Part shown: piece after piece, positions 35,896 to 46,337 of the stretch | Layout of the letters: each line of letters starts with the position of its first letter | How positions within the stretch are numbered: the first letter of the stretch is position 1 | Source of the DNA: a virus | DNA length: 64,000 nucleotides | Reading direction: 5' to 3' (one strand) | Virus record (IMG/VR): IMGVR_UViG_3300000976_000009 | Span: 173,151 to 237,150 of that record | Made by a program: the position numbers and the translations under genes | The notes under the pieces: model-generated | The model's input: the letters and a program-made list of their open reading frames with translations, nothing else | What the model was told of the DNA's origin: nothing | Database searches by the model: none

Positions 35896-35969
35896 GCCTT
35901 CGTAGCAATTGTGGAAAAGCGACTGACTCTTAATCAGTATGGAAATGGGTTCGACTCCCATCGGGGGTA
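35896..35969 (+). tRNA. tRNA-Lys(CTT)
   Basis: ACTGA-CTCTTAA-TCAGT. Confidence 0.8.
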
Positions 35970-36333
35970 CTAATTAAAACCTAGTACTATGAATATAAGA
36001 AATATAGAAAGAAGATTATTAGAAGCGTATTCTGATGATTATAGAAGAATCTGGGTACAATACACCCAACTCAGCAAAAGAAGGTCTGAGTACAGAGTTT
36101 GCCTAACTCTATTCCCAATTACGGGACAATACACGATGTTATTTAGCGGAACTATTAATACAATAGATTACGATACTGTTTCAAAAGTAATTGAAAACAG
36201 TAGGGGCTCTTAATTTAAATTATTTTTTAGATAGTGGTTAAAAATTAAATGAATTATTATAAATAAAAAAATATTCATACTAATTATATGAATTATTAAT
36301 TTAATTTACTATCTTTGTAAAAAAAAGATAAAT

Positions 36334-36882
36334 ATGAGTACTAAAGACAAACTTAGAAAAGGATTAATTTCAGAAGAAGTTGAAACAACCAATATTGCGA
36401 AAATCGGTGATTACATTGTTAAAAATCCGACTGGTGAAGAATATGTTTTAACTAAGGATAAATTCATTAAAAATTATATTAATGAACCATTTAATTCAGA
36501 AGATGATAATGGTTATTGTGAATATAAAAATAAGGCAGAAACTAGAAATATTGTTATAATTGATGAAAAAATTTCATCTGAATTATTAGTGAAATTTGGT
36601 GATAAAACTCCATCTCAGTCAACTTTCTTTGACTTTATGTCAAAGTATGATACAATTAAGGCAGAAAAAGATGTGATAGTAAAGGCAAGGGTTGCTAAAG
36701 TTGAGGAAACTGTAATTACAAAAACTAGAAAAGAAAATGATTCTGGTATAATTATTAAATTTGGTGCACCTTGGGGTGGTGATATGATTTTGAAAAAAAA
36801 TGATATCATTGTTATAATGAGTGATGAGGTTTACAGAATTGGTAAGTATGAATTTGATAACACATACGTAATAAAAAAATAA
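36334..36882 (+). CDS. PGDYG-like domain protein
   Basis: AKIGDYIVKNPTGEEY..F..Y and APWGG..NDIIV..EVYRI..F..TY. Confidence 0.5.
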   Translation: MSTKDKLRKGLISEEVETTNIAKIGDYIVKNPTGEEYVLTKDKFIKNYINEPFNSEDDNGYCEYKNKAETRNIVIIDEKISSELLVKFGDKTPSQSTFFDFMSKYDTIKAEKDVIVKARVAKVEETVITKTRKENDSGIIIKFGAPWGGDMILKKNDIIVIMSDEVYRIGKYEFDNTYVIKK

Positions 36883-36954
36883 TATTTTACGTTTATATAA
36901 ACCAGCATTGGGTTTAATTTTTAAGACACATTATAATTATGAAAGATTTTATAG

Positions 36955-37368
36955 ATGGATAAATTTGAAGGTGAATCATATTGGCTTGATAAGTTAAGTG
37001 ATATTGAAAGAGAAGAATTAATTTCAATATGTGGATTAGATTCACGTAATGTACACCATGATTCATTCGCTTCTTATATTGTGTTTAAATTTAAGCATCT
37101 AAATAATATCCCACAAGGTGCTTTGATGAAGTGGACCAATATTATTGAACGAATATCAGCTAACTTAAATAAAGATTATAATACTGAAATTGAATATAAA
37201 ATTAAATCAGCATCATTTGATAATTCGGTAGATTATAAACCAATGGTTGATACATTAGAACCTAATAAATATTTTGAGATAGGATATTATAGGGGTCAAA
37301 AAGATTTAATTAAAATACTTTTAGATAGTGGTTTAATTAGTGGTGAAAAATTAAATGAATTATTGTGA
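36955..37368 (+). CDS. hypothetical protein
   Basis: 137 aa ORF. Confidence 0.5.
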   Translation: MDKFEGESYWLDKLSDIEREELISICGLDSRNVHHDSFASYIVFKFKHLNNIPQGALMKWTNIIERISANLNKDYNTEIEYKIKSASFDNSVDYKPMVDTLEPNKYFEIGYYRGQKDLIKILLDSGLISGEKLNELL

Positions 37369-37829
37369 AAAAGAAATTAGTTGAAATATTTATTGCAATT
37401 GATGGTACAAAGTTTTTTAATTCTGATTCATGTATCTTATATGAAAACAAATTAAAAACAGAATTAGAAAATAAATTAGCTGATACTATAATAATTGAGC
37501 AAGTAAATCTTCTTAGTTCTAAGATAAGTTTGATTAAAGATATTGAATACTTTAAAGATATTGATGAGATTAATGGTTTTATTATTAACTTAAATAAAGT
37601 TTCAGCGTTAATACATAAAAAAGGTGGATTAAATGGTGGTGCAAATATTATTATATATCCAGAAAATAAAAATCATTTAATATTAGGTTTACCTAATACT
37701 AGATATAAATGCATATCTTTTAATAAAACATTGGATGATAAATACATTTATATCCTTAATAGTAATTTACTGAATATTGAAACACCAAAAAAGAAAGACT
37801 TAAACATGATTGGTTTAATCAAATTATAG
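37365..37829 (+). CDS. hypothetical protein
   Basis: 154 aa ORF. Confidence 0.5.
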   Translation: MKKKLVEIFIAIDGTKFFNSDSCILYENKLKTELENKLADTIIIEQVNLLSSKISLIKDIEYFKDIDEINGFIINLNKVSALIHKKGGLNGGANIIIYPENKNHLILGLPNTRYKCISFNKTLDDKYIYILNSNLLNIETPKKKDLNMIGLIKL

Positions 37830-37831
37830 TT

Positions 37832-39424
37832 ATGGAGGATTTTATTGATGAAATGGTAAACGATGGTGATAAAGTTATTACCCGTTTCCCACCAGAACCA
37901 AACGGTTACCTCCATTTAGGACATGTTAAGTCCATAGTGAAGAATTTTGGTATGGCAGAAAAATACGGTGGTACATGTAATCTTAGATTTGATGATACAA
38001 ATCCAACAGCTGAAAAGACGGAATATGTAGAAGCTATTAAGAATGATTTGGCTTGGCTTGGGTATACACCATCCGAAACTAATTATACTTCAAACTATTT
38101 CAATTTTTTATATAAAATAGCATTAACATTGATAGATGAAGGGTTAGCTTACGTTTGTGAATTAACTCCAGAAGAAATTGCTATTAATATTGGTACAACC
38201 ACTAAAGTTGGGGTAAATAGCCCATATAGAAATAGAAGTGTGGAAGAAAACCATGAGTTATTTCACAATATGTTTAAAGGTTATGTAAATGAAGGTGAAA
38301 TGACACTAAGGGCTAAAATAGATATGTCACATCCAAACATGCATATGCGTGACCCAATAATATATAGAATATGTTGGGATAAACACCATAATACGGGTTA
38401 CGATTGGGGGATATATCCAATGTATGATTTTGCACATGTGTTTTCTGATTATATTGAAGGTATTACACACTCATTATGTACACTTGAATTTGAAGTGCAT
38501 AGACCATTATACAATTGGTTCTTAGAACACATTGATTTAGAAGGTATGAATGTACCAAGACAAATTGAGTTCGCAAGACTTAACTTATCTCACACAATTA
38601 TGAGTAAGCGTAAGTTAAAGACTCTTGTTGACGAAGGTATTGTAGATGGTTGGGATGACCCAAGATTACCAACAATAGCTGGTATGAGAAATAGAGGGAT
38701 TCCAGCAGAAGCATTAAGAGATTTTTGTGAGATGATTGGGGTGTCAAAACGTGAAAGTCTTATTGAGATTTCAATGCTTGATAAATGTACTAGAGATGTT
38801 CTTAATAGAACTTCAAACAGACGTATGGTTGTGTTCGACCCAATTAAGGTAACAATTACCAATTGGGAAGGTAATGAAGAGTGGCTAACAGCTGACGTTA
38901 ACCCAGAGAATAAAGATGCTGGTGTTAGGATGGTTAATTTTGGTAAGAATCTTTTAATTGAAAGAGAAGATTTTATGGAAGATGCCCCAAAGAAGTTCTT
39001 TAGGCTATCTTTAGGTAAAGAAGTTAGATTCAAATATGGATATTATGTTACTTGTCATGAGGTGATTAAGGATGCTGATGGAAATGTAATTGAATTACTT
39101 TGTACTTACGACCCAGAAACTAGGGGTGGGTGGATTGAAGGTAGAAAGGTAAAAGGTACAATTCATTGGGTCAATGCTGATAATAACCACCCAGTTAAAA
39201 CATATCTTTACGATAGGTTATTTACTACAGAAGTACCAACAGATGATTTCTTAAATGAAATTAATCCTAATTCAATTAGTGAATCTTTTGGTTATATGGA
39301 AGCTGCTGGACCACATGCTTTAGATAAGTCCTTACAATTCGAAAGAAATGGATATTACCATATGGATAGTAATGGTGACTGGAACCGAACTCTTCCAATG
39401 AGAGATGGTTATAAAAAGAAATAA
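37832..39424 (+). CDS. glnS: glutaminyl-tRNA synthetase
   Basis: TRFPPEPNGYLHLGH, RFDDTNP, HSLCTLEF, MSKRKL, KGTIHWV, QFERNGY. Confidence 0.95.
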   Translation: MEDFIDEMVNDGDKVITRFPPEPNGYLHLGHVKSIVKNFGMAEKYGGTCNLRFDDTNPTAEKTEYVEAIKNDLAWLGYTPSETNYTSNYFNFLYKIALTLIDEGLAYVCELTPEEIAINIGTTTKVGVNSPYRNRSVEENHELFHNMFKGYVNEGEMTLRAKIDMSHPNMHMRDPIIYRICWDKHHNTGYDWGIYPMYDFAHVFSDYIEGITHSLCTLEFEVHRPLYNWFLEHIDLEGMNVPRQIEFARLNLSHTIMSKRKLKTLVDEGIVDGWDDPRLPTIAGMRNRGIPAEALRDFCEMIGVSKRESLIEISMLDKCTRDVLNRTSNRRMVVFDPIKVTITNWEGNEEWLTADVNPENKDAGVRMVNFGKNLLIEREDFMEDAPKKFFRLSLGKEVRFKYGYYVTCHEVIKDADGNVIELLCTYDPETRGGWIEGRKVKGTIHWVNADNNHPVKTYLYDRLFTTEVPTDDFLNEINPNSISESFGYMEAAGPHALDKSLQFERNGYYHMDSNGDWNRTLPMRDGYKKK

Positions 39425-39907
39425 TTATGGGGTTTAAATTGAGTAAAAATATTAGGAAATCTATTGATAATAATGGTAAAGAAAGTAATCGTTGGATTGG
39501 TGAACTATTATTGAATAATAAAATAATTAGTACAACCAGTGATTATGATTCACCAAGTGGTGCTGAGTGGATTATAGATAATCAATTAATTAAAGATTTG
39601 CAAAAAAGTATTAGTATTTTTTATTTTAAAAATGAATTAAATAATTAATATGTTATCATTAAATGGTGGATATAGTAAGTCATTACATAATGAAGTTATG
39701 ATTTATTGTAATAATAATAATTTAAGTGTTGATTATTTATCATATTTAGGTGATTCATATCATTTCAATATTAGTGGAGAATTTGATAATATTGGGGCAT
39801 TAGCAAATTACATCCATAAGTTAGAGTGGAAACGAATAGACTATAGAAAGTCCAAAAGTTTTTGGTGGAGAATTTGGAATTAATGAATTATTTAAGTATA
39901 TTTGTAC

Positions 39908-40224
39908 TTGACGAACCAGAGAACGTATCGCTGCGTTGGTACTTGATATCAAGGTAGAGGAACTTCGAGGCAACTTTGCTTAAGGTAGGAGATAACAGCA
40001 ACCCCGCAAATAACGGGGGAACGAAAGTGTAACGTGCAATCGCTTTGACTACTGAGGTTGCAACACATACAGACTTGAGCGGGTGAGCAACGCAATGATA
40101 GTCGGGTAGTGGCACCCACTGAAATGTGGGATGTAGTAATTAACTACATAGATAAATGATACGATGGTATATTGACTGGTTACCTATATACTTAACAGAA
40201 CTTCGGGCAAGCTCAGTTCGTCAA
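39908..40224 (+). ncRNA. rnpB: RNase P RNA (divergent)
   Basis: P1 TTGACGAAC/GTTCGTCAA; GAGGAAC.., GAAAGTG, GAGCAA, AGATAAATGAT and ACAGAAC conserved blocks in the correct order. Confidence 0.85.
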
Positions 40225-40293
40225 CCATTTAGATGATTAAATAAAACTTTAAATTAAAGTTTTATTTTTTCATTTATCTCTATATTTATTAAT

Positions 40294-40875
40294 ATGGAGA
40301 ATAAATTTTATGTATACCAATTAAGGACATCTGATGATGAAATAATTTATATTGGTAAAGGTAGTGGCGATAGAATGAATAAGCATGTTAAAATTGCTAA
40401 TCATAATTCTAAGAATAGGAATAAAAACCCTAAACTTTATAATAAAATATCATCAATTATAAAAAATGGTGGCTATGTGATACCAGAGATATTATTTGAA
40501 AGCGAATCTGAGGAATTGTGTTTAACTAAAGAAGTTGAGTTAATTAAAGAGATTGGGTTAGAAAATCTTTGTAATTTAACTGAGGGTGGTGAAGGAACTA
40601 GTGGTTACAAGTTATCAGAAGAGACAAAAAAGAAAATGTCCGAGGCTAAAAAAGGTAAAAAACGAATTTTTAGTGAGGAACATAAAAAAAATATTTCTAA
40701 AGGTAAGATAGGTCATAAGGGATATTGGGAAGGTAAAGAATTATCTGAGGAAACTAGGGCTAAAATGTCTGCGGCAAAGAAAGGTAAAAAGAAAGGTCCT
40801 ATTTCTGAAAAAAGAAGACAAGCAATTATTAATGGTATTAAAAATAAAAAAAGAAAAAATGAAAACAGGTATTGA
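40294..40875 (+). mobile_element. GIY-YIG homing endonuclease with NUMOD3 repeats
   Basis: [19 protein letters not shown]; repeated SEETKKKMS. Confidence 0.85.
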
Positions 40876-41158
40876 ATTAATTTCAGAAGAAAGAGAAAGA
40901 CAAATTAATGTTAAGGGTTGGACTAAAGAAAATGATGCATTATATATGGATGAATCAATGGCATTAGCTGCTGCAACATATGCAATTCCAGAATCAGAAA
41001 GGAGTGGTACACTAATTAATGATAAATTATATCCAGATTTATGGCCAGAGAATTGGTCAGATGAATGGTGGAAACCATCACCAGAAAATAGAATTAAAGA
41101 ATTGCAAAAAGCTGGTGCACTAATTGCTGCTGAAATTGATAGGTTACAAAATAAATAA
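40859..41158 (+). CDS. conserved phage helical protein
   Basis: [28 protein letters not shown]. Confidence 0.65.
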   Translation: MKTGIELISEERERQINVKGWTKENDALYMDESMALAAATYAIPESERSGTLINDKLYPDLWPENWSDEWWKPSPENRIKELQKAGALIAAEIDRLQNK

Positions 41159-41194
41159 TAAAATGACGTTCGGGCAAGCTCAGTTCGTCAACAT

Positions 41195-41385
41195 GGAGAG
41201 GTAGCTTAACGGGAAGAACGATTCCAAACTCAACTACATTTAAAGGGTTGCAAACCTTTAAACAAGTGTGATAGGGTAATATGAAATATACTGAGGCTAG
41301 GTATGTGGATTTGATTCTGGAGTGTAGATAGTGAGAGCAACATTGTAATAGATGGAAGGTCGGGGTTCGAGACCCCGCCTCTACA
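41195..41385 (+). ncRNA. large tRNA-like RNA (~190 nt)
   Basis: GGAGAGG/CCTCTAC-A, TAGCTTAA D-arm start, CGGGGTTCGAGACCCCG T arm. Confidence 0.55.
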
Positions 41386-41386
41386 C

Positions 41387-41896
41387 ATGATAAATATAAT
41401 TGAAAAAACTCTTAGTGATTGTATTTCTATAACAGATATTGGCATTAAGTATGTTAAAGTAATTAACGATAAAATATTTGAAGAAATTGATGAAATATTT
41501 GATATAAATAGCGATTCATTAAAATTATTATCAGATAAATACGGTCCAATGTTTTTATTAGAAGATAAATATGGTCGTCATTTTTATAATGATGGTACTT
41601 GGTATTTTAATTTCGGACCTAAAATAGAAATGTTAAATATTAATTCATCTAATTTATATAATAGGAATGGCTTAAAAGAACTCAATAAAAACAGTATCTT
41701 AAAAAATGGTTCTATTTTAAAATTAACACCCTTTGATTTTAAAAATAAATCATTTGTTTTTAGAAAAATTAGAGGTAATAAATTTCATGTAGTTTTAGTA
41801 CCAAACAATTTAAAGGACAAATTTGATAGTGATACTAATAAAATTAGGAGCAATATTCTCATTACCAATCCAAAAGTAATAATTACATATTATTAA
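41387..41896 (+). CDS. hypothetical protein
   Basis: 169 aa ORF. Confidence 0.5.
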   Translation: MINIIEKTLSDCISITDIGIKYVKVINDKIFEEIDEIFDINSDSLKLLSDKYGPMFLLEDKYGRHFYNDGTWYFNFGPKIEMLNINSSNLYNRNGLKELNKNSILKNGSILKLTPFDFKNKSFVFRKIRGNKFHVVLVPNNLKDKFDSDTNKIRSNILITNPKVIITYY

Positions 41897-42333
41897 TGAT
41901 TTCTTTACGACCACAAATAAAAAGTGATGCCGAAGATATGTTTAATATTTTAGGTAATAATAAATTTGAGTACCTTGGGGTTGATTGTACTAGTGTCAGT
42001 AAGACTAGACGTTGGATATCCAACAATATCCAACTAAAGAAACGAAATATCAAATTCACATATAGTATAATATTAAACAACGCTATTGTTGGTTTCATTG
42101 ATATATCATACAATGGTGAAATTGGTTATTGTGTTGGTGAAAAGTATTGGGGTCAAGGGATTGCAACTGAATCAGTTAAATTAATTGAAAAAATGATAGA
42201 TATACCGATTACTTCATTTTATATCATAACAGATGTTAATAACATTGGTAGTTGTAAAGTGGCTGAAAAATCTGGTTATACTAAATTAGGTATGGAATCT
42301 AAAAACATCATATACACAAAAGATAATATATGA
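41896..42333 (+). CDS. GNAT acetyltransferase, RimJ/RimL-like
   Basis: EIGY..YWGQGIATE..NIGSCKVAEKSGY. Confidence 0.85.
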   Translation: MISLRPQIKSDAEDMFNILGNNKFEYLGVDCTSVSKTRRWISNNIQLKKRNIKFTYSIILNNAIVGFIDISYNGEIGYCVGEKYWGQGIATESVKLIEKMIDIPITSFYIITDVNNIGSCKVAEKSGYTKLGMESKNIIYTKDNI

Positions 42334-43016
42334 AAGTACTAATATTAGGTGATGGTCTATTGGGGTCTGAACTTAAGAAACAAAACCCAAAATGGGGTGT
42401 CCTTAGTAGGAAACAAGGTGAATTAGATATTACAACATTTCACTGGGTGGATATAATCAAAGATTATGATGTAGTTATCAATTGTATTGCATATACAAAT
42501 ACTTACGATAACAATAGAATTAAACATTGGGATACTAATTACGTTTGGGTGGATAAATTAATTGGTGGATGTAATTCGCATGGTGTTAAACTAGTTCATA
42601 TATCTAGTGATTACTTATATGCTAATTCTGTTTCAAATGCATCCGAAGAATGTGTTCCAGTTCATCATAATTCATGGTACGGATATACTAAACTATTAAG
42701 TGATGGCTTAGTACAACTTAATTCACATAATTATCTTTTAATTAGATGTGGTTTTAAACCTATACCATTTCCTTATGATAAAGCTCCAACAACAATTATT
42801 GGTAATTTTACATATTTAGATAAAATTGCTTTTGAAATATCTAAGATGATTGGTGATAATCGTGAAGGGTTATTTAATGTTGGTGATGAAACCAAAACAA
42901 TGTATGAGTTAGCATTGGAAACAAATAAAAATATCCAACCAATATCAAATATTCCAATTGATGGTATGCCAACTAATGTTACTATGGATTTAAGTAAATC
43001 AAAAAAATATCATTAA
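42330..43016 (+). CDS. RmlD-like NAD(P)-dependent sugar-nucleotide reductase
   Basis: GDGLLG, VINCIAYT, HISSDY, YGYTK. Confidence 0.8.
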   Translation: MKVLILGDGLLGSELKKQNPKWGVLSRKQGELDITTFHWVDIIKDYDVVINCIAYTNTYDNNRIKHWDTNYVWVDKLIGGCNSHGVKLVHISSDYLYANSVSNASEECVPVHHNSWYGYTKLLSDGLVQLNSHNYLLIRCGFKPIPFPYDKAPTTIIGNFTYLDKIAFEISKMIGDNREGLFNVGDETKTMYELALETNKNIQPISNIPIDGMPTNVTMDLSKSKKYH

Positions 43017-43055
43017 TTTTTAGTTTTATTCGATTATTATCCTTATATTTGGTGT

Positions 43056-43559
43056 ATGATTGGGGACTCTATTGAATATAATATGATTAAGACTGAATAT
43101 GGTGATAAAATTACCAAAAGGTCTGATGTTAAATTAATAAATCATATTGATGAGGGATTAATCATACTAGATAAAATTAATGCTAAAGAATTAGCGAAAA
43201 AAGCATATTGTATACACCCAATATTTCAAGGGGATAGAGAACTTAGTATAGTATATGATATTGGTGAGGTAGCTATCTCACCAATAGTTTGTATATTAGT
43301 TATGGAATATCGTTCTATCGCTAATGCATATCTTTCTAAAAGAAAAATTAATAGCATTAATGAAATTAAATTATCACCTATTAAGGATGTTAATGATATG
43401 TTAATCGCTGACAAAATTCAAAACTATAAAGACTTTATGTTGTATCATTTCGATACACACCCAAGGTCAAAAGAGCTATATGAATATTTTCATAATTGGT
43501 TTATTAGGTTAGGTTTAAATTTGATACAAGTTGATGAATTAGTGAAATTAATTTCATAA
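43056..43559 (+). CDS. hypothetical phage protein (HD-like)
   Basis: LINHIDEG..CIHP..LIADKIQN. Confidence 0.55.
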   Translation: MIGDSIEYNMIKTEYGDKITKRSDVKLINHIDEGLIILDKINAKELAKKAYCIHPIFQGDRELSIVYDIGEVAISPIVCILVMEYRSIANAYLSKRKINSINEIKLSPIKDVNDMLIADKIQNYKDFMLYHFDTHPRSKELYEYFHNWFIRLGLNLIQVDELVKLIS

Positions 43560-43571
43560 AAAATAAATTAG

Positions 43572-44156
43572 ATGAATAAAGAAAAAAATATATGGTTTAC
43601 ATCAGACACACATTTTGGTCATAAGAACATAATTAAATTCTCCAACCGACCTTTTGATGATGAAAATCACATGAACGAAGAAATGATTAGTTCGTGGAAT
43701 AGTGTTGTTGGAGAGAATGATATAGTATACCATATGGGTGATTTTTCACTTACCAGCCCTAATAAGACTAAAGACATACTAGACAGACTAAATGGTGATA
43801 TAGTTTTAATTATAGGTAACCATGAAAAGTCAGTTATGAGAAAAGAAAGTGTTAGAGCTAGATTTTTAGCTATTGAAGATAAACATGAGGTAACACTAAA
43901 TGACCAATTTATAGTAATGTGTCATTATGGGATGAGAGTTTGGAATAAGTCACACCACGGTAGTTGGATGTTGTACGGTCATTCACATGATTCAATGGAA
44001 CATGAAGTTTGGGGTAGAAGTATGGATGTTGGTGTTGATTCAGCATACCGAATTCTAGGTGAATATAGACCATTTTCATTTGATGAGATTAAAACAATTA
44101 TGGATAATCGTGAGGACAACCCAGTTGACCACCATGTGGCAAAACGAAAAAATTAA
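43572..44156 (+). CDS. calcineurin-like metallophosphoesterase
   Basis: DTHFGH, GD, GNHE, GHSH, DVGVD. Confidence 0.9.
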   Translation: MNKEKNIWFTSDTHFGHKNIIKFSNRPFDDENHMNEEMISSWNSVVGENDIVYHMGDFSLTSPNKTKDILDRLNGDIVLIIGNHEKSVMRKESVRARFLAIEDKHEVTLNDQFIVMCHYGMRVWNKSHHGSWMLYGHSHDSMEHEVWGRSMDVGVDSAYRILGEYRPFSFDEIKTIMDNREDNPVDHHVAKRKN

Positions 44157-45022
44157 ATTATGAATAAAGAAAATAATCAAATGGAATATAAATTGGTGTG
44201 GTTGAAAAGCATCAATTTAGATGGATATCTAAAAGAATTACATTCTGGTAGATTCACAATTACATGGAAATATATTGATTCACAATATAGATTTTTTCTT
44301 CAATATAATGGAGAAGAGATATATCACATAGATACAAATGAAACGTCACAAAGAAAGGCTTGGATTATTGGTGGTGAAGCATGTAAATTGAAAGCTTTCA
44401 GCTTATGTGAGAAATACGATATTATGAAAATAGAAATAGATGATAACAACTAAGTTAATAATCATTAGGATAATTGTTGACTACCACGTAGTAAAGTAAA
44501 ATAAAAAAACTAAATTATATGGAATTTAAAGTACTTAATACCGAAGAAAAATATGGTGAAGATTGGGGTGATGGACCTTCAATGTCAGCTGATATAGTTG
44601 AAGTAACATATGGTGATAAAAAATCTAAATATACTGTTAAAGAAGATGAACCAGAAGATATGATTTTTGGTAGAAGTTTAGAAGATTGTGGTTCAATAAT
44701 TGAGATGATTAAAATGGCACATGAAGCTGGAAAAAATGGTCATGAATTAATTATTGATTATGTCGAAGAAAAATAAACACCCAAAGAATGTTGGTGAGTA
44801 CACTGACATGGAACAATTAGCAAATGATATCGGTAATCTACATTATGAGACAATGTATGAATTACTAGGCAAACTATCTAAAAAATTAGGTCACGATTGC
44901 TTAAATGACCAAAATGCTGGTAGACAAAAATTAGCTAATGAATTGGCTGATGCATCGAATGCAATTAGTGATGCATCATGTTATATTGGGACAGCTTGGG
45001 AGATATCAAAACCATATATGTA

Positions 45023-45496
45023 ATGAAAATTTTTGATAATGGAATTCTTTGTTTAACAGAAGTTCATGAATTAATGAATAACCCTAGAGACTTAAGTAAG
45101 GAACAGTTTAATTTATTATGTTGGTTTACTAATACTGGTCCAAAGGATTTGTTATTTTGTAGTAAGACATTTACTGCGGCAATACATTGTGGTATTGCCG
45201 CATCAAATAGTGATGTTAGGCGAATGATTAAAGGGAATGCACTTGGGGTGGGTAAACGTAAAGTCACAAATTTTAATGATGAATTATCTATTGATGAGTT
45301 TTTTGAAACTGGATATGATGAGGTCAAATGGACAACAATTAAAAATGGTAAGAAGAATAACAAGATAATTCTAATACGAAAATGTGATGGTACGGTATAT
45401 CCAGATGACCCTTGGTTTGGAATGGAATATGAACAATGGAAAGATGATGCTTACGTGAAGCATATGATTCAACAAAATTCAAATGATGGAAAATGA
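45023..45496 (+). CDS. S4-like RNA-binding domain protein (TyrRS C-terminus-like)
   Basis: GIAASNSDVRRMIKGNAL..KNGKKN. Confidence 0.55.
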   Translation: MKIFDNGILCLTEVHELMNNPRDLSKEQFNLLCWFTNTGPKDLLFCSKTFTAAIHCGIAASNSDVRRMIKGNALGVGKRKVTNFNDELSIDEFFETGYDEVKWTTIKNGKKNNKIILIRKCDGTVYPDDPWFGMEYEQWKDDAYVKHMIQQNSNDGK

Positions 45497-45948
45497 AGTT
45501 AAACGCTCACATTGTGAGAAAATTATTGTAGTTGATGGTATAAAAACTATTAAGAAAAAAGTCCCGTATGATACACTAGAAGAGGCTATTGCCCAATGTA
45601 AATTTGTAAACATACAACCTAAAGTGACTGAAAAAAATGTACCATATAAGTGTACAGTATGTCACAAGTACCATGTTGGTAGAAATGGGAAACCTATCAC
45701 TGAAAAATATAGAAACAAATTAAAAGATGAAGCTAAAGATAAATCTTGGCAAAAAAAAAGGGATAGACTTAAAAATGCTACCTTTAAAATAGTTGGTAAA
45801 ATTGATTTAAGTAAAATACCTAAGAAATAACTTGCTATTTAATAAAAGTTTAGTATCTTTGTAAAAATTAGAAACAATGCAAATTAAAAAAGGAACCGTA
45901 TTCATACGATTGTCTATGCTTTAAGTATAGACATAAATTTGAATACAT

Positions 45949-46293
45949 ATGAAAAAGAAAGACGTAATTTTTGATAGGAAAGAATTCCTTAATCTTGCTG
46001 GACACAACGGCATGGCAAACATCGTAGCCCAAATAATTGGTAGCGATTATACTAAAGATGACGAAACATACAGACACACATACTGTAAATTAGATTTTGC
46101 TGATTGTAGTAGGGTGATAAGTATGGATATTGACTTAGATGATGATTATTCTAGAGAGAATGCATTGTTTAAGATAGATACTATGCTTGATGTTTTAACA
46201 GAGTATCGTGATGCTATTGAAAGAGAGGCTAAATACCAAAAAAGACTTGAGAAAAAAAGAGCTAGAATTGAGGCTGAAAAAAAGTCTCAATAG
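45949..46293 (+). CDS. hypothetical protein
   Basis: 114 aa ORF. Confidence 0.55.
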   Translation: MKKKDVIFDRKEFLNLAGHNGMANIVAQIIGSDYTKDDETYRHTYCKLDFADCSRVISMDIDLDDDYSRENALFKIDTMLDVLTEYRDAIEREAKYQKRLEKKRARIEAEKKSQ

Positions 46294-46337
46294 CTCTTTT
46301 TTTGACTTTAATAGATATTTATTACTAAAACAATAGT

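Larger units (their letters stand above)
40202..41192 (+). repeat. 24-nt direct repeat flanking the homing endonuclease cassette
   Basis: TTCGGGCAAGCTCAGTTCGTCAAC at 40202-40225 and 41169-41192. Confidence 0.9.

Noticed and set aside
41195-41385. tmRNA
   Set aside because: Only ~190 nt, no G3:U70 alanine identity and no convincing tag ORF; kept as a tRNA-like RNA.
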